Shown here piece after piece: positions 19,070-32,816 of a stretch of DNA of 50,994 nt; position 1 is the stretch's first letter; each line of letters opens with the position of its first letter. The stretch is from Mycobacterium sp. (GTDB lineage: Bacteria; Actinomycetota; Actinomycetes; Mycobacteriales; Mycobacteriaceae): contig JBPPMV010000474.1 in NCBI GenBank assembly GCA_051306235.1, forward strand, positions 1-50,994. Reading direction: 5' to 3'. The position numbers and the translations under genes are program-made. Below the pieces are notes generated by a model. The model was not told the origin of the DNA, did not search any database, and was given only the letters and a program-made list of their open reading frames with translations.

Positions 19070-19774
19070 TCAGCCGGTCGGGCAGGTCGCCGACGCCTCC
19101 CGCAGCACCCGTGCCGACGGCGCGTCGACGGGCAGCCCGTACCCGCGCAGCACCGCGGCGAACTGCACCGCGTACGCGCACCAGAACGCCCGGTTGGGCG
19201 GCATCCACACGGCGGGCTCGCTGTCACCCTTGTTCTGATTCGTCGGACCGTCGACGGCGATCAGGTTGGCCGGATCGTTGGCGAACCGCAGACGCAGCTC
19301 GTCGGTCCAGTTGCGGGCGCCCAGATCCCAGGCCAACGACAGCGGGACGATGTGGTCGATCTGCACCGACGCCCCGATCTGATTCCCGCGCACGAAGGCG
19401 ATGGTGGCGTTGGTGTAGGGATCGATCAACGTGCCGGTGGCGACCGCGGTGGGACACCGCTTGATGGCCACATAGGACTTCTCGACGAGATCGCGATCCA
19501 GGATGTCATTGCGGGTATCGCATCCGTTACGGCCGCCGGGGGCATCATTGTCGTCATCCCAGGACTCCCCGAACGCGTCACGCCGATAGTCGTAACCCGG
19601 CATGCGCACCGGGATCTCGATCACCCCGGCCAGCACATCGACCCCCGGGGCGACGATGGGGGTATCGGCCTCGGCCACATAGCGTGCGGAGCCGGCTCCC
19701 GGCTCGGTCGTCACCTGTACCGCGACCAGCACCGCCAGCGCGACACCCCCGGCCAGCAGGCCGAGCCGTTTCAC
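19070..19774 (-). CDS. Secreted HNH endonuclease family protein (DUF1524; Rv2972c-like)
   Basis: Signal/TM, CDTRNDILDRDL, VQIDHIVPL and FANDPANL...NQNKGD. Confidence 0.88.
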   Translation of the reverse strand: MKRLGLLAGGVALAVLVAVQVTTEPGAGSARYVAEADTPIVAPGVDVLAGVIEIPVRMPGYDYRRDAFGESWDDDNDAPGGRNGCDTRNDILDRDLVEKSYVAIKRCPTAVATGTLIDPYTNATIAFVRGNQIGASVQIDHIVPLSLAWDLGARNWTDELRLRFANDPANLIAVDGPTNQNKGDSEPAVWMPPNRAFWCAYAVQFAAVLRGYGLPVDAPSARVLREASATCPTG

Positions 19775-21999
19775 GACTTGTCCAGGTACTGAACGCGGTC
19801 GCTGTTGGAGAAGGGGGTGGCCAGCACGGTCAGCCCGGGCTGGTTCGGATCCTCCAGATACGCAGCCTCACAGAAGTTGCGGGCGTCCTGGATGATCCCC
19901 AGATGGTCGGCCAGCGACAGGAAGCGCAGGCTGGAGAGACGGCCGGACTGGTTGTAGCCCAACACATCTCCCTCGGAACGTTCCCTGAGATCGAGATCGG
20001 CCAGCGCGAACCCGTCCAGCGTGCCAGCCACCGCGCGCAACCGCTCACCGGCTCGGGAGCTCTCCGGCATCCGGGTGACCAGCAGGCACAGGCTCGGGTG
20101 CTGACCGCGGCCGATGCGCCCCCGCAGCTGATGCAGCTGACTGATGCCGAACCGGTCGGCGTCCATCACCACCATCATGGTGGCATTCGGCACGTCCACC
20201 CCGACCTCGATGACGGTGGTGCAGATCAGCACGTCGATCTCGCCGGCCCGGAACGCCGACATCACCGCGTCCTTCTCCTCGGGCGCCAGCCGGCCGTGCA
20301 TCAGGCCCAGCCGCAATCCGGCCAGCGGCCCGGTGCTCAGCCGTTCCAATACCTGCAGGACGGTGACCGGCGGCGGACCGTGCTCGTAGGCGTTCTTCTT
20401 GTCTGGCTCCTCGTCGATGCGTGAGGCCACCACATAGGCCTGCCGACCGGCAGCCACCTCCTCGATGATGCGGGCCCAGGCCCGGTCCAGCCAGGACGGT
20501 TTGTCCTTGGTGAACACCACATTGCTGGCGATGGGTTGGCGCCCTCGCGGCAGCTCACGCAGCGTCGAGGTTTCCAGGTCGCCGAACACCGTCAGCGCGA
20601 TGGTGCGCGGGATGGGTGTCGCCGTCATCACCAGCAGATGCGGGGTGATCCCGCCGACAGCCTTGGCGCGCAACCGGTCCCGCTGCTCGACACCGAAACG
20701 ATGCTGCTCGTCGACCACGACCATGCCGAGCTGACCGAACTCCACCGATTCCTGGATGATGGCATGCGTTCCGATCACGATTCCCGCTGTACCGGAATAG
20801 ATCTCGTCACGAGCCTGGCGCTTCTGCTGCGGCGACATCGAACCGGTCAGCAGGGTGATGGCGGTGGCACCGTCGGCAGCACCCAGCTCACCGGCCATCG
20901 CGAACGGTCCCAGCACCTGACGGATCGAGCGGTAGTGCTGGGCGGCAAGCACTTCGGTGGGAGCCAGCAGTGCGCACTGCAGACCCGCATCGACCACCTG
21001 CAGCATCGCCAGCAGCGAGACGATGGTCTTTCCCGAGCCGACCTCACCCTGCAGCATCCGGTTCATCGGCCGGGTCTGGCCGAGCTCACCGGAGATCACC
21101 CCGAGCACCTCGCGCTGCCCGCCGGTCAGCTCGAACGGCAACTGTTTGAGCAGAGCCGCTGCCAGACCGTCGTCGCGCAGCGGTGCGACCGGGCCGGTCT
21201 CACCGAGCTCGCCGTAGCGCCGTGAAACCAGGGCCCACTGCAACCCGATCGCCTCGTCGTAGGTCAGGCGTTCCTGTGCGGCCGCCCGCTCAAGAGCGTT
21301 CTCGGACACGTGGACCCCGCGCAGCGCGGCATCCTCGGAGATCAGATCCCATTGCCGCAGAAAGGATTGCGGTAGCAGCTCGGGGATCGGGTCGAGCACA
21401 GCCAGCACCTGGCAGATGCAGGCGTAGATATCCCAGCTCTGCAACTTCTTGCTCGCCGGGTAGATCGGGAAGAAGTCCTTCTCGAAGGCCGCCAGCACAT
21501 CCGAGCCCGACTCCCCCGACGCATCGGCGATCTTCTTGAAGGATCGGGTGCCGATGGTCCGTCCACCGCCGCCGTCGATGACCAGGAACGCCGGATGCGA
21601 GAGCTGGACCGTTTTCCTGAAGTAGCCGATCTCACCGGAGAGCATCACCCTGGTGCCCACGACCAGGCTGCCGATGAGGTAGTCGGCATTGAAGAAGGTC
21701 GCCGTGATCGGTGGGTTGCGCTCGCCGAGGGTGACGCGCAGCATCTTGCGGGGCCGCTTGCCACCTTGCGGTTTCATCTGCCGAACGTCGGTATCGGTGA
21801 TCGTGTCGACGAAGGTCACATGGGTGCCCTCCTCGAGTTCGATCTCCTCGCCCTCCTCGCGGACGTTCATCCCATCGCTGTACTTGCGCGGATAGTGCCG
21901 CAGCAGGTCGTTGACGGTGCGGATATCGAAGGCCTCCTCGAGCTTGTCGGCGGCCTTTGCACCGACGATGGGGGCCAGCAGATCGTTGAGCGCGACCAT
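19771..21999 (-). CDS. recG: ATP-dependent DNA helicase RecG
   Basis: LQGEVGSGKT, DEQHRFGV, MTATPIPRT and QLHQLRGRIGRG. Confidence 0.97.
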   Translation of the reverse strand: MVALNDLLAPIVGAKAADKLEEAFDIRTVNDLLRHYPRKYSDGMNVREEGEEIELEEGTHVTFVDTITDTDVRQMKPQGGKRPRKMLRVTLGERNPPITATFFNADYLIGSLVVGTRVMLSGEIGYFRKTVQLSHPAFLVIDGGGGRTIGTRSFKKIADASGESGSDVLAAFEKDFFPIYPASKKLQSWDIYACICQVLAVLDPIPELLPQSFLRQWDLISEDAALRGVHVSENALERAAAQERLTYDEAIGLQWALVSRRYGELGETGPVAPLRDDGLAAALLKQLPFELTGGQREVLGVISGELGQTRPMNRMLQGEVGSGKTIVSLLAMLQVVDAGLQCALLAPTEVLAAQHYRSIRQVLGPFAMAGELGAADGATAITLLTGSMSPQQKRQARDEIYSGTAGIVIGTHAIIQESVEFGQLGMVVVDEQHRFGVEQRDRLRAKAVGGITPHLLVMTATPIPRTIALTVFGDLETSTLRELPRGRQPIASNVVFTKDKPSWLDRAWARIIEEVAAGRQAYVVASRIDEEPDKKNAYEHGPPPVTVLQVLERLSTGPLAGLRLGLMHGRLAPEEKDAVMSAFRAGEIDVLICTTVIEVGVDVPNATMMVVMDADRFGISQLHQLRGRIGRGQHPSLCLLVTRMPESSRAGERLRAVAGTLDGFALADLDLRERSEGDVLGYNQSGRLSSLRFLSLADHLGIIQDARNFCEAAYLEDPNQPGLTVLATPFSNSDRVQYLDKS

Positions 22000-22001
22000 C
22001 G

Positions 22002-23600
22002 CTACTCCACCCCGATCAGCAACGCGTCGCCATCGTGATCGGTGCGGTAGCTGACCAATTCGACCCCCAGGTGCTGCTGGTGGACGTGATCACGCAACCG
22101 CTCGCCGACACCGGCGTCGATCCCCGCGCCGATCAGCACGGTGATCAATTCGCCGCCGGCCGCGAGTAGCAGGTCGACCAGACCCGCGCCGGCCGAGGCC
22201 ACATCACGCCCGACGATCAGCACCTCATCACCGGCGATACCGAGGCCGTCACCGCGTTTGCAGGAGCCCGCCCAGGTGAGTGCGTCCTCGGTGGCCACCC
22301 GCACCGAACCGTGCCGGGCCCCCGCCGCGGCCCGCGCCATGGTGTAGCCATCATCCACACCCTGGCGGCCGGCATCGTGCACGGCCAACGCCGCCAAACC
22401 CTGCACCATGGACCCGGTCGGCACCGGCACGACCTCGATACCCCAGCCGGTCGCCGCGGTGCAGCCGGCCACCAGTTCCTCGGCGGCGATGAAACCGTTG
22501 GGCAGCACCATGATCTGCGCGGCATCGGCATCGACCAATGCGCGCAGCAACTGCTGCGCGCTGATCGGCGCCCCGTCATGCGGGCGCAGCACGTGGGCAC
22601 CCTCACCAGCGAAAAGTGTTGCGGCACCGTCACCGTCGACGGCGGCCAGCACCGCACGGTCGCGACCGGCGGTGGCCACCGGACGGGCACCGGTGAGCAC
22701 CGTGATCTGGATGTTGCCGGGAGTACCGACCGCCAGACCGGCCTCGACGGCACCGCCGGCATTGTCGGTGTGCACATGCACCGAATGGGTGCCGCTGCGG
22801 CCTGCGGTGATGGCCACCGAGTCGCCGAGCGCGTCCAGCGCGGTGCGCAGCCCCTCGACGGCATCGGGCCGGCAGCCGGTCAGCAGGTACATCACCTCGA
22901 ACTGCGGCGGCGCCGCGGAGGTGATCACGGGCTCGGGCCCGCCGATGGCCGGTTCATAGGTGTCACGCCGGGGGGCGCTGCCCACCAGGGTCGCCGTCAG
23001 CGCATCGAGCAGGACCAGCAGACCCCGTCCGCCGGCATCGACCACACCCGCCTCGGCCAGGACGTCGAGCTGGCCGGTGGTGCGTTCCAGGGCGGCGACC
23101 GCGGCGGTGGCGGCAGACGCGACGACGGAGGCGATATCGGCATCCTCGGCGGCGATCTTTTCGGCGGTATCGGCCGCCGAGCCGAGCACCGAGACGATGG
23201 TCCCGGGTACCGCCTCACCCATCGAGGCCACCACCAGCCCCTCGGCGCAGCGCAGTGCGGCGGCAAAAGCCGGCCCGTCGATCTCGGTCTCACGGCGCTC
23301 GGCGGTGACGTCGGCGAGGCCGCGCAGGATCTGGGACAGGATCACCCCGGAGTTGCCACGGGCCCCGCGCAGCGCGCCGTCGGCCAGACAGGCGGCCAGC
23401 GCGACCAGGTCCAGATCCTCGCGGCCGTCCAGCGCGGCCACCGCCGAGCGCATGGTGAACAGCATGTTCGTGCCGGTGTCGGAGTCCGCGACCGGGAACA
23501 CATTGAGACGGTTGATCTCGTCGGTGTGGGTGATGAGCTGCCCGACGGAGGTGTGGGCCCAACGCCGCAACGCCGATGCGTCGAGCCGCGCAGCCGACAT
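22002..23600 (-). CDS. DAK2-domain protein (FakA/YloV-like)
   Basis: INRLNVFPVADSDTGTNM, GARGNSGVILSQ and GVVDAGG. Confidence 0.92.
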   Translation of the reverse strand: MSAARLDASALRRWAHTSVGQLITHTDEINRLNVFPVADSDTGTNMLFTMRSAVAALDGREDLDLVALAACLADGALRGARGNSGVILSQILRGLADVTAERRETEIDGPAFAAALRCAEGLVVASMGEAVPGTIVSVLGSAADTAEKIAAEDADIASVVASAATAAVAALERTTGQLDVLAEAGVVDAGGRGLLVLLDALTATLVGSAPRRDTYEPAIGGPEPVITSAAPPQFEVMYLLTGCRPDAVEGLRTALDALGDSVAITAGRSGTHSVHVHTDNAGGAVEAGLAVGTPGNIQITVLTGARPVATAGRDRAVLAAVDGDGAATLFAGEGAHVLRPHDGAPISAQQLLRALVDADAAQIMVLPNGFIAAEELVAGCTAATGWGIEVVPVPTGSMVQGLAALAVHDAGRQGVDDGYTMARAAAGARHGSVRVATEDALTWAGSCKRGDGLGIAGDEVLIVGRDVASAGAGLVDLLLAAGGELITVLIGAGIDAGVGERLRDHVHQQHLGVELVSYRTDHDGDALLIGVE

Positions 23601-23801
23601 TTACACCTCCCGAACATCGCACCAGCCGTGCGCGCCAGAATAGCCATCGTCGCCGACAGTGCGGCTGCTGCTGCACAGGTTGTGGACAATCATCAGCATC
23701 GTTTTGGAGATCCGTTCCTCGGGCCGGTATCCTGGTCCAGTTGTCGGGTCACCCGCTTTTTGGTTGTTGGCCCCCAAGTACTGATATGAGGAGTTCCAGA
23801 C

Positions 23802-23996
23802 ATGGCTGCCGTGTGCGACATCTGCGCTAAGGGCCCCGGCTTCGGCAAGTCGGTGTCGCATTCCCATCGCCGGACCAACCGTCGCTGGAACCCGAACATC
23901 CAGACCGTCAACGCCGTGACCCGCCCCGGCGGTAACAAGCAGCGTCTGAACGTCTGCACCTCCTGCCTGAAGGCCGGCAAGGTCGCACGCGGTTAA
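23802..23996 (+). CDS. rpmB: 50S ribosomal protein L28 (Zn-binding, two CxxC)
   Basis: MAAVCDIC...SHSHRRTNRRWNPNIQ...VCTSCLK; GAGGAG Shine-Dalgarno. Confidence 0.97.
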   Translation: MAAVCDICAKGPGFGKSVSHSHRRTNRRWNPNIQTVNAVTRPGGNKQRLNVCTSCLKAGKVARG

Positions 23997-24019
23997 TTCC
24001 GCTTCACCGCGCCTGCCTT

Positions 24020-24703
24020 TTACGGCAGGCGCCACTCGATCGGCTCGGCACCTGCCTGCGTCAGCAGCTCATTGGTGCGGCTGAAGGGTTTCGATCCGAA
24101 GAATCCTCTCGACGCCGACAGCGGTGACGGGTGCACCGATTCGATGACGGCGCATCCACCCTCGGTCAGCATGGGCTTCAGCGTCTGCGCATCGCGTCCC
24201 CACAGCACCGCGACCAGCGGCTGCGGGCGCGCCACCAACGCCCGGATCGCACACTCGGTCACGGCCTCCCAGCCCTTGCGGCGATGCGAGGCGGGCGTGC
24301 CGGGGCGCACGGTGAGCACTCTGTTGAGCAGCATCACACCCTGCTGCGCCCACGGGCTCACATCACCGTTGGCCGGCACCGGATAACCCAGGTCGGTTCC
24401 GTATTCGGTGAAGATGTTCGCCAGGCTGCGCGGCACCGGCCGCACATCAGGGGCCACCGAGAAACTCAACCCGACCGCGTGGCCTGGTGTCGGGTACGGG
24501 TCCTGGCCGACGATCAGCACCCGCACGGCGTCGAAGGGGAACGTGAACGCCCGCAAGACGTTCTCGCCGGCGGGCAGATACTGATGCCCGGCGGCCAGTT
24601 CGGAGCGGAGGAACTCCCCCAACTCGGCCACCTGCGGGGCCACCGGCTCGAGCGCGCGCGCCCAACCGGGATCGATGAGATCGGTCAGCGGGCGTGGTGT
24701 CAC
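24020..24703 (-). CDS. ung: Uracil-DNA glycosylase
   Basis: GQDPY, GLSFS and HPSPLSA motifs. Confidence 0.96.
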   Translation of the reverse strand: MTPRPLTDLIDPGWARALEPVAPQVAELGEFLRSELAAGHQYLPAGENVLRAFTFPFDAVRVLIVGQDPYPTPGHAVGLSFSVAPDVRPVPRSLANIFTEYGTDLGYPVPANGDVSPWAQQGVMLLNRVLTVRPGTPASHRRKGWEAVTECAIRALVARPQPLVAVLWGRDAQTLKPMLTEGGCAVIESVHPSPLSASRGFFGSKPFSRTNELLTQAGAEPIEWRLP

Positions 24704-24730
24704 GAGGGCCAAAACTAGCGTGCCGCCGGT

Positions 24731-25681
24731 TCAGTAGGACTGCCAGCCCGCGTTTCCGTGCCAGGCCCGGCCGTCGACGAGCACTGCGGGCGACCCGTCG
24801 CGCACCCGGCCGATCACCCGCCATCCGGCCGGCACCGCACCGGGGAAGGTGGCCACCAGCGCGTGGTCCTCGCCACCACCGAACACCCAGTCCCAGCCGT
24901 CATCCCCGGTGACCGACGCGGCATCGGCCAACGCGGCATGGTCGGAGGACAACGCGTCCCGGGACAGCTCGATGACGACGCCGGACGCGGTGGCGATATG
25001 GCCCAGGTCGGCCAGCAGCCCGTCGGACACATCGGTCATCGCGGTGGCCCCGGCATCGGCCGCGGCCCGGCCCTGGCCGTAGGGTGGCTGCGGCACCAGA
25101 TGACGCGCACGCAGCTCGGCGGGTTCGCTGATCCCATTGAGCCACAACGCATATCCGGCCGCCGAACGACCGAGGTCACCCGCGACGCCCACGGTGTCAC
25201 CGGGCCGCGCGGTATCGCGGCGCACCGGGGCGCGCCCACCCAGATCGCCGAGCACCGTCACCGACACCACCCACTGCGGGGCGCTCACCAGGTCGCCGCC
25301 GGCGATCCCGGCTCCGCACCGCTGCGCCTCCTCCCACATCCCGTCCGATAACGCCTGCGCCGCCGCGGCCGGGGTGTCCGGCGGTGCACCGAAGGCCACC
25401 ACGAACGCCGTCGGCGTCGCACCCATCGCCTCGGCATCGGCGGCGTTCTGGGCGATGGCCTTGCGGCCGATGTCATGCGGCGTCGACCAGTCCAGCCGGA
25501 AATGCCTGTCCTGCACCAGCATGTCGGTGGACACCACGGTGCGTCCGTCAGCGGTGGTGATCACCGCGGCATCGTCACCGGGGCCCAGCGTCACCGCCTC
25601 GGGCTGGCGACGACCGGCGTTGATCCGGTCGATGACGCCGAACTCCCCGACCTGCGCCAAGGTGGGCCCACTGTCGCTCAT
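24731..25681 (-). CDS. thiL: Thiamine-monophosphate kinase
   Basis: GEFGVI, GPGDDAA, STD, DVSDGL and GGEDH. Confidence 0.95.
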   Translation of the reverse strand: MSDSGPTLAQVGEFGVIDRINAGRRQPEAVTLGPGDDAAVITTADGRTVVSTDMLVQDRHFRLDWSTPHDIGRKAIAQNAADAEAMGATPTAFVVAFGAPPDTPAAAAQALSDGMWEEAQRCGAGIAGGDLVSAPQWVVSVTVLGDLGGRAPVRRDTARPGDTVGVAGDLGRSAAGYALWLNGISEPAELRARHLVPQPPYGQGRAAADAGATAMTDVSDGLLADLGHIATASGVVIELSRDALSSDHAALADAASVTGDDGWDWVFGGGEDHALVATFPGAVPAGWRVIGRVRDGSPAVLVDGRAWHGNAGWQSY

Positions 25682-25787
25682 CTCACCGTCCTGCCTAGGG
25701 ATTCTGGACCTGAACACTCACGCGACCTGCGGTACGTTTGGTCCCTGCGGCGCCGAGTCTATGCAGCGGAAACGGAGGACACACCCA

Positions 25788-26030
25788 GTGGCAGATGCAT
25801 TCATGCTGATTCAGACCGAGGTGGGCCGCGCCGAGGTCGTCGCGAAACAGCTGGCCGGACTGCCCGGGGTGCGCTCCGCGGAATATGTGACCGGGCCCTA
25901 CGACGTGGTCGCCCGCGTCGGCGCCGATACACCCGAGGAACTGCAGCGAAACGTGGTGGACAAGGTGCAGGTGGTCGCGGGGATCACCCGGACCCTGACC
26001 TGCCCGATCGCCGAAACGCAGCATCCCTAG
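25788..26030 (+). CDS. Lrp/AsnC ligand-binding-domain-only protein
   Basis: VADAFMLIQT...VTGPYDVVAR...GITRTLTCP; GGAGG Shine-Dalgarno. Confidence 0.85.
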   Translation: MADAFMLIQTEVGRAEVVAKQLAGLPGVRSAEYVTGPYDVVARVGADTPEELQRNVVDKVQVVAGITRTLTCPIAETQHP

Positions 26031-26040
26031 AGTTACCGGT

Positions 26041-26583
26041 GTGACACAGCCCGATGAGCACGACGGCCCACCCCGGTCGTTGATCATCGCGGCCGTCGGA
26101 GTAGCCGTCGCCGCCGTGATCGTGTTGCTGACCTTCGCCGCGACCCGGCAGGCCGCACCCCCGGCCAAGCCGGTGGCCATCGCCGCCGCACCCGCCCCAC
26201 AGGCCGACAGCCCGCAGTGCGCCGCGCTGCTCGAAGCTCTGCCCGAGCAACTCGGCGATTACCGCCGCGCCGAGGCCGTCGAACCCGTGCCGGCCGGCGC
26301 CGCCGCCTGGCAGGCCGATCCCGAGGCCGATCCGGTGATTCTGCGATGCGGCCTGGACCGTCCCATCGACTTCGTGGTCGGAACCCCGCTGCAGGTGGTC
26401 GACGAGGTGCAATGGTTCGAGGCCAGCGCGAACGGCTCCAGCACCTGGTTCGCCGTGGATCGCGGCACCTATGTGGCGTTGACGCTGCCCTCGGGTTCGG
26501 GACCGACGCCGATCCAGCTGGTGTCCAAGGCACTGGCAAAGACGATGCCGGCCCAGCCGCTGGATCCCGGTCCGCCGCGCTAA
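26041..26583 (+). CDS. DUF3515 membrane-anchored protein (Rv2980-like)
   Basis: TM helix, [19 protein letters not shown] and WF..VDR. Confidence 0.82.
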   Translation: MTQPDEHDGPPRSLIIAAVGVAVAAVIVLLTFAATRQAAPPAKPVAIAAAPAPQADSPQCAALLEALPEQLGDYRRAEAVEPVPAGAAAWQADPEADPVILRCGLDRPIDFVVGTPLQVVDEVQWFEASANGSSTWFAVDRGTYVALTLPSGSGPTPIQLVSKALAKTMPAQPLDPGPPR

Positions 26584-27677
26584 CGCAGGCCGGTACCGCG
26601 GGCGACCGCCGTGTCGACCATGGTCGCGAGCAGCGTCGGGTAATCGACTCCACTGACCGACCACATCCGCGGATACATGGAGATGGTGGTGAAACCGGGC
26701 ATGGTGTTGATCTCGTTGATCACCGGCCCGTCCTCGGTGAGGAAGAAGTCGACACGGGCCAGGCCCTGGCAGTCGATGGCCCGGAACGCCCTGATGGCCA
26801 GCGTCCGCAACGCGTCGGCGATATCGTCGTCGACCTTGGCCGGCACATCGAGTTCGGCGGCGTCATCGAGATATTTGGTCGCGAAGTCGTAGAAGGTGTC
26901 TTCCCGGTCCCGGACCCCGGCGACCCGGATCTCGCCGATCTCACTGGCCTCGACGCGGCCGTCCGGAAACTCCAGCACACCGCATTCCAGTTCGCGTCCG
27001 ATGATCGCGGCCTCGACGATGACCTTCGGGTCGTGCCGGCGCGCGTCGGCGATCGCAGCGTCCAGCTGATCCCAGGCCGTGACCCGGCTGACCCCTATCG
27101 AGGAGCCGCCGCGGGCCGGCTTGACGAACACCGGGAGACCAAGTCGGGCGCGGCCATCGAGGGAGACGGTGTCCTGGTGGGCCCGCAGCACCACATGGTC
27201 GCCGATCGGCAGCCCATCGGCGACGAGCAGCTTCTTGGTGAATTCCTTGTCCATCCCGGTGGCGCTGGCCAGCACCCCGGCCCCGACATAGGGCACACCG
27301 GCCAGTTCGAGCAGGCCCTGGATGGTGCCGTCCTCGCCGTAGGGGCCGTGCAGCACCGGGAACACCACGTCGACGGCGGCCAGCACCGCCCCGGCGCCCT
27401 CCCCCAGTGACAGCAGTTCACCCTTGCGCACGGGGTCGGCCGCCAACGCGAGCGCGGTGCCGTCGACCACGGTGGGAAGCTGCCCACCGGTGATCGCCAG
27501 GGTCTCGGGCCGGCCGTCGGTGAGCACCCAGGATCCGTCCGGGGTGATACCGACGGCGACGACCTCGAATCGCTGCGGATCGAGATTGCGCAGGATGCTG
27601 CCTGCGGAAACACAGGAAATCCCGTGCTCGGAGCTGCGTCCGCCATAGATGACGGCGACTCGGGTACGGGCACTCAC
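26580..27677 (-). CDS. ddl: D-alanine--D-alanine ligase
   Basis: [27 protein letters not shown] and NEINTMPG. Confidence 0.97.
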   Translation of the reverse strand: MSARTRVAVIYGGRSSEHGISCVSAGSILRNLDPQRFEVVAVGITPDGSWVLTDGRPETLAITGGQLPTVVDGTALALAADPVRKGELLSLGEGAGAVLAAVDVVFPVLHGPYGEDGTIQGLLELAGVPYVGAGVLASATGMDKEFTKKLLVADGLPIGDHVVLRAHQDTVSLDGRARLGLPVFVKPARGGSSIGVSRVTAWDQLDAAIADARRHDPKVIVEAAIIGRELECGVLEFPDGRVEASEIGEIRVAGVRDREDTFYDFATKYLDDAAELDVPAKVDDDIADALRTLAIRAFRAIDCQGLARVDFFLTEDGPVINEINTMPGFTTISMYPRMWSVSGVDYPTLLATMVDTAVARGTGLR

Positions 27678-27729
27678 AACCTGCAGAGGTTACCGGCTGC
27701 GGGCCGAGACCGGCTTGTCAGGGATTGGC

Positions 27730-28827
27730 TCAGGCCAGCGCGCGGTCGATATCGGCGACGATATCGTCGGTGTCCTCGATGCCCAACGAAATTCTGGCGA
27801 ACCCGTCTGGCACCGGGTCGCCCCAACGCGCCCGACGGTCGACGCAGGTGTGGATACCGCCGAAACTCGTGGCCGCGACCAGCAGTGCACTGCGTTCGAC
27901 GAGTCCGTGCACCGCGGCGGCATCGGCGAGTTCGACGGAGACCAGGCCACCGAAACGCTTCATCTGCTCGACCGCGATCGGATGCGACGGGTCTTCGGGA
28001 AGGCCCGGGTAGCGCACCGAGCGCACCGCCGGATGATCGCGCAGCATCAGCGCCACCGCCTGCGCATTGCGGCACTGCCGTTCGATGCGCAGCCCGGCGC
28101 TGCCCAGACTGCGCAGCACCAGCCAGGCCTCGAAGGTGCCGAGCACCGGTCCCGCGAGCAGTCGGTCGCGTTCCACCGCGGCCATCAGTTCAGGGTGACA
28201 TCCGGCGACGTACCCGGCGAGCAGGTCACTGTGCCCCGACAGCGCTTTGGTGGCGCTGGCCACCACCAGGTCGGCGCCCAGCGACAATGGCTGCAGGCCC
28301 AGCGGGGTGACGGTGGTGTTGTCGACCAGCAGGGTGGCGCCGCGGGAGCGGCAGATGGTGGCCAGCCGATGCAGGTCCACCACATCCAGCGTCGGGTTCA
28401 CCGGCGTCTCGGCGAGCACCACATCGGCATGGGCGGCCGCCTCACACATCTGGGCGGCGGCGGCCTCGACCACGGTGACGCCGAGCGGCGCCAGGTATTC
28501 GGCGGCGTACCGGCGGACCTGGTAGTAGCCATCGGACGGGATCAGCAGTGTCGTGCCCGGTGTGGCCAGCACCCGCAACGCGGCGCTGATTGCCCCCATG
28601 CCGGAGGCGAAGGTCAGCGCCGAGGACGCGCCCTCCAATGCGGCGAACGCCGATTCCAGCTGCCGCCAGGTCGGATTCGATACCCGGCCATAGGTGTCCA
28701 GCGGCTCGGATTCGTCGGCGGAGAGGTGAAAAGCCGAGGCCGGAACCGGCACCGGAGCCACCGGAGATCCTGGAATTGCATGCACACCAACAGCATTCAC
28801 GCTGCGGGTGGAGTCTCCATAATCCAC
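27730..28827 (-). CDS. Cystathionine gamma-lyase/synthase family PLP enzyme
   Basis: YGRVSNPT, FASGMGA, ETPVNP, VDNT and SATKALSGHSD (PLP lysine). Confidence 0.9.
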   Translation of the reverse strand: MDYGDSTRSVNAVGVHAIPGSPVAPVPVPASAFHLSADESEPLDTYGRVSNPTWRQLESAFAALEGASSALTFASGMGAISAALRVLATPGTTLLIPSDGYYQVRRYAAEYLAPLGVTVVEAAAAQMCEAAAHADVVLAETPVNPTLDVVDLHRLATICRSRGATLLVDNTTVTPLGLQPLSLGADLVVASATKALSGHSDLLAGYVAGCHPELMAAVERDRLLAGPVLGTFEAWLVLRSLGSAGLRIERQCRNAQAVALMLRDHPAVRSVRYPGLPEDPSHPIAVEQMKRFGGLVSVELADAAAVHGLVERSALLVAATSFGGIHTCVDRRARWGDPVPDGFARISLGIEDTDDIVADIDRALA

Positions 28828-28855
28828 GCTGACCTCGTTTCCCGTCGCTTCGCTC

Positions 28856-30558
<1,703 letters not shown>

Positions 30559-30605
30559 GCCGGTCCGCACTGGAATGCACGGTGGCGATAGGCAATGATC
30601 GAGGG

Positions 30606-32777
30606 ATGACCGACGCCGAGACAACGACTACTGACACCGAGTGGACGGCGACGGACGTCGTGGACTCGGCACCGGACGCGCCACCGGCGGAGACCGCCGC
30701 AGCCATCGAGGACGCGCTCCCCGAGGACCGCTACCTCAACCGGGAGCTGAGCTGGCTGGACTTCAACGCCAGGGTGCTCGCCCTGGCCGCGGACACCTCG
30801 CTGCCGCTGCTGGAGCGGGCCAAGTTCCTCGCGATCTTCTCCTCGAATCTCGATGAGTTCTACATGGTGCGGGTGGCCGGCCTGAAGCGACGCGACGAGA
30901 TGGGCCTGTCGGTGCGCTCGGCCGACGGGCTGTCGCCGCGGGAACAGTTGCGCCGCATCGGTGAGCGCACCCAGCAGATCTCCAGCCGGCATTCCCAGGT
31001 CTTCACCGAATCGGTGCGGCCCGCGCTCGCCGAGAAGGGCGTACTGATCGTCTCCTGGTCGGATCTGGATGAGGACGAACACGCGACGCTGTCCACCTAC
31101 TTCCACGAGCAGGTGTTCCCGGTGCTCACACCGCTGGCCGTGGACCCGGCGCACCCGTTCCCGTTCGTCAGCGGCCTGAGCCTGAATCTGGCCGTCACGG
31201 TTCGCCAGCCCGATGACCGCACCCAACACTTCGCCCGAATCAAGGTGCCCGACAACGTCGACCGGTTCGTCGAGTTGCCGCGCCGCGAGAGCGAGGACGG
31301 CGTGCCCGGCCCGGTGCGTTTCCTCCCGCTGGAGGAACTGATCGGCGCATTCCTGTCGGTGCTGTTCCCCGGCCTGGAGGTGGTGGAGCAGCACGCGTTC
31401 CGGATCACCCGCAACGCCGACTTCGAAGTCGCGGAGGATCGCGACGAGGATCTGCTGCAGGCGCTGGAACGCGAACTGGCCCGGCGCCGCTTCGGTTCGC
31501 CGGTGCGTCTCGAGGTTGCCGACGATATGACCGAGCACATGCTCGAGCTGTTGTTGCGCGAACTCGACGTCCATCCCGGCGATGTCATCGAGGTGCCCGG
31601 GCTTCTGGACCTTTCGTCGCTGTGGCAGATCTACGGTGTCGACCGGCCAGACCTCAAGGACCGTCCGTTCGTGCCCGCCACCCCGGCCGCGTTCGGCGAG
31701 CGTGAGACACCGAAGAGCATCTTCTCGACGCTGCGTGACGGTGACGTACTCGTCCACCATCCCTACGACTCGTTCTCCACGACGGTGCAGCGCTTCATCG
31801 AGCAGGCCGCAGCGGACCCGAACGTGCTGGCCATCAAGCAGACTCTGTACCGAACCTCCGGTGACTCGCCGATTGTCAACGCGCTCATCGACGCCGCCGA
31901 GGCCGGTAAGCAGGTCGTCGCGCTGGTGGAGATCAAGGCCCGCTTCGACGAGCAGGCCAACATCAAATGGGCCCGCGCGCTGGAACAGGCAGGCGTGCAC
32001 GTGGTCTACGGCTTGGTCGGTTTGAAGACACACTGCAAGACCTGCCTGGTGGTCCGCCGCGAAGGCTCGACGATACGGCGGTACTGCCATATCGGCACCG
32101 GCAACTACAACCCGAAAACCGCGCGGCTGTATGAGGATGTGGGCCTGCTGACCGCCTCACCCGATATCGGCGCCGACCTGACCGACCTGTTCAACTCGCT
32201 GACCGGGTACTCGCGCAAGGTGTCCTACCGCAACCTGCTGGTGGCTCCGCACAGTGTGCGCAAGGGCATCATCGGGCGCATCGAGCAGGAGACGGCCGCG
32301 CATCGGGAGAACGGGCAGGGACGAATCCGGCTGAAGGCCAACGCACTGGTCGACGAGCAGGTCATCGATGCGTTGTACCGGGCCTCGCAGGCCGGGGTAC
32401 GGGTCGAGGTGGTGGTCCGCGGGATCTGCGCGCTCCGCCCGGGCCAGGCCGGACTGTCCGAGAACATCGTCGTCCGATCGATTCTCGGCCGGTTCCTCGA
32501 ACACTCCCGAATTATTCACTTCAATGCCATCCAGGAGTTCTGGATCGGCAGTGCGGACATGATGCATCGTAATCTGGACCGCCGGGTGGAAGTCATGGCA
32601 CAGGTCAAGGATCCGCGGCTGACAACCCAATTGGACGAGATGTTCGAGTCCACCATGGATCCGGCGACCAGGTGCTGGGAGCTCCAGCCCGATGGTCGAT
32701 GGACGGCGCTACCGCTCCCCGGCCAGACGGTGCGCGATCATCAGGTCGCACTGATGGCGAAACACCGTTCACCGTAG
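30606..32777 (+). CDS. ppk1: Polyphosphate kinase 1
   Basis: [31 protein letters not shown] and GRFLEH. Confidence 0.97.
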   Translation: MTDAETTTTDTEWTATDVVDSAPDAPPAETAAAIEDALPEDRYLNRELSWLDFNARVLALAADTSLPLLERAKFLAIFSSNLDEFYMVRVAGLKRRDEMGLSVRSADGLSPREQLRRIGERTQQISSRHSQVFTESVRPALAEKGVLIVSWSDLDEDEHATLSTYFHEQVFPVLTPLAVDPAHPFPFVSGLSLNLAVTVRQPDDRTQHFARIKVPDNVDRFVELPRRESEDGVPGPVRFLPLEELIGAFLSVLFPGLEVVEQHAFRITRNADFEVAEDRDEDLLQALERELARRRFGSPVRLEVADDMTEHMLELLLRELDVHPGDVIEVPGLLDLSSLWQIYGVDRPDLKDRPFVPATPAAFGERETPKSIFSTLRDGDVLVHHPYDSFSTTVQRFIEQAAADPNVLAIKQTLYRTSGDSPIVNALIDAAEAGKQVVALVEIKARFDEQANIKWARALEQAGVHVVYGLVGLKTHCKTCLVVRREGSTIRRYCHIGTGNYNPKTARLYEDVGLLTASPDIGADLTDLFNSLTGYSRKVSYRNLLVAPHSVRKGIIGRIEQETAAHRENGQGRIRLKANALVDEQVIDALYRASQAGVRVEVVVRGICALRPGQAGLSENIVVRSILGRFLEHSRIIHFNAIQEFWIGSADMMHRNLDRRVEVMAQVKDPRLTTQLDEMFESTMDPATRCWELQPDGRWTALPLPGQTVRDHQVALMAKHRSP

Positions 32778-32816
32778 AGCCACGATCTGTCGGCCACTGA
32801 CAACTGAGGAGTTGAT

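Noticed and set aside
19070-19774. HNH nuclease as a mobile or defence element
   Set aside because: It has an export signal and sits in the conserved position downstream of recG, like a core DUF1524 gene.
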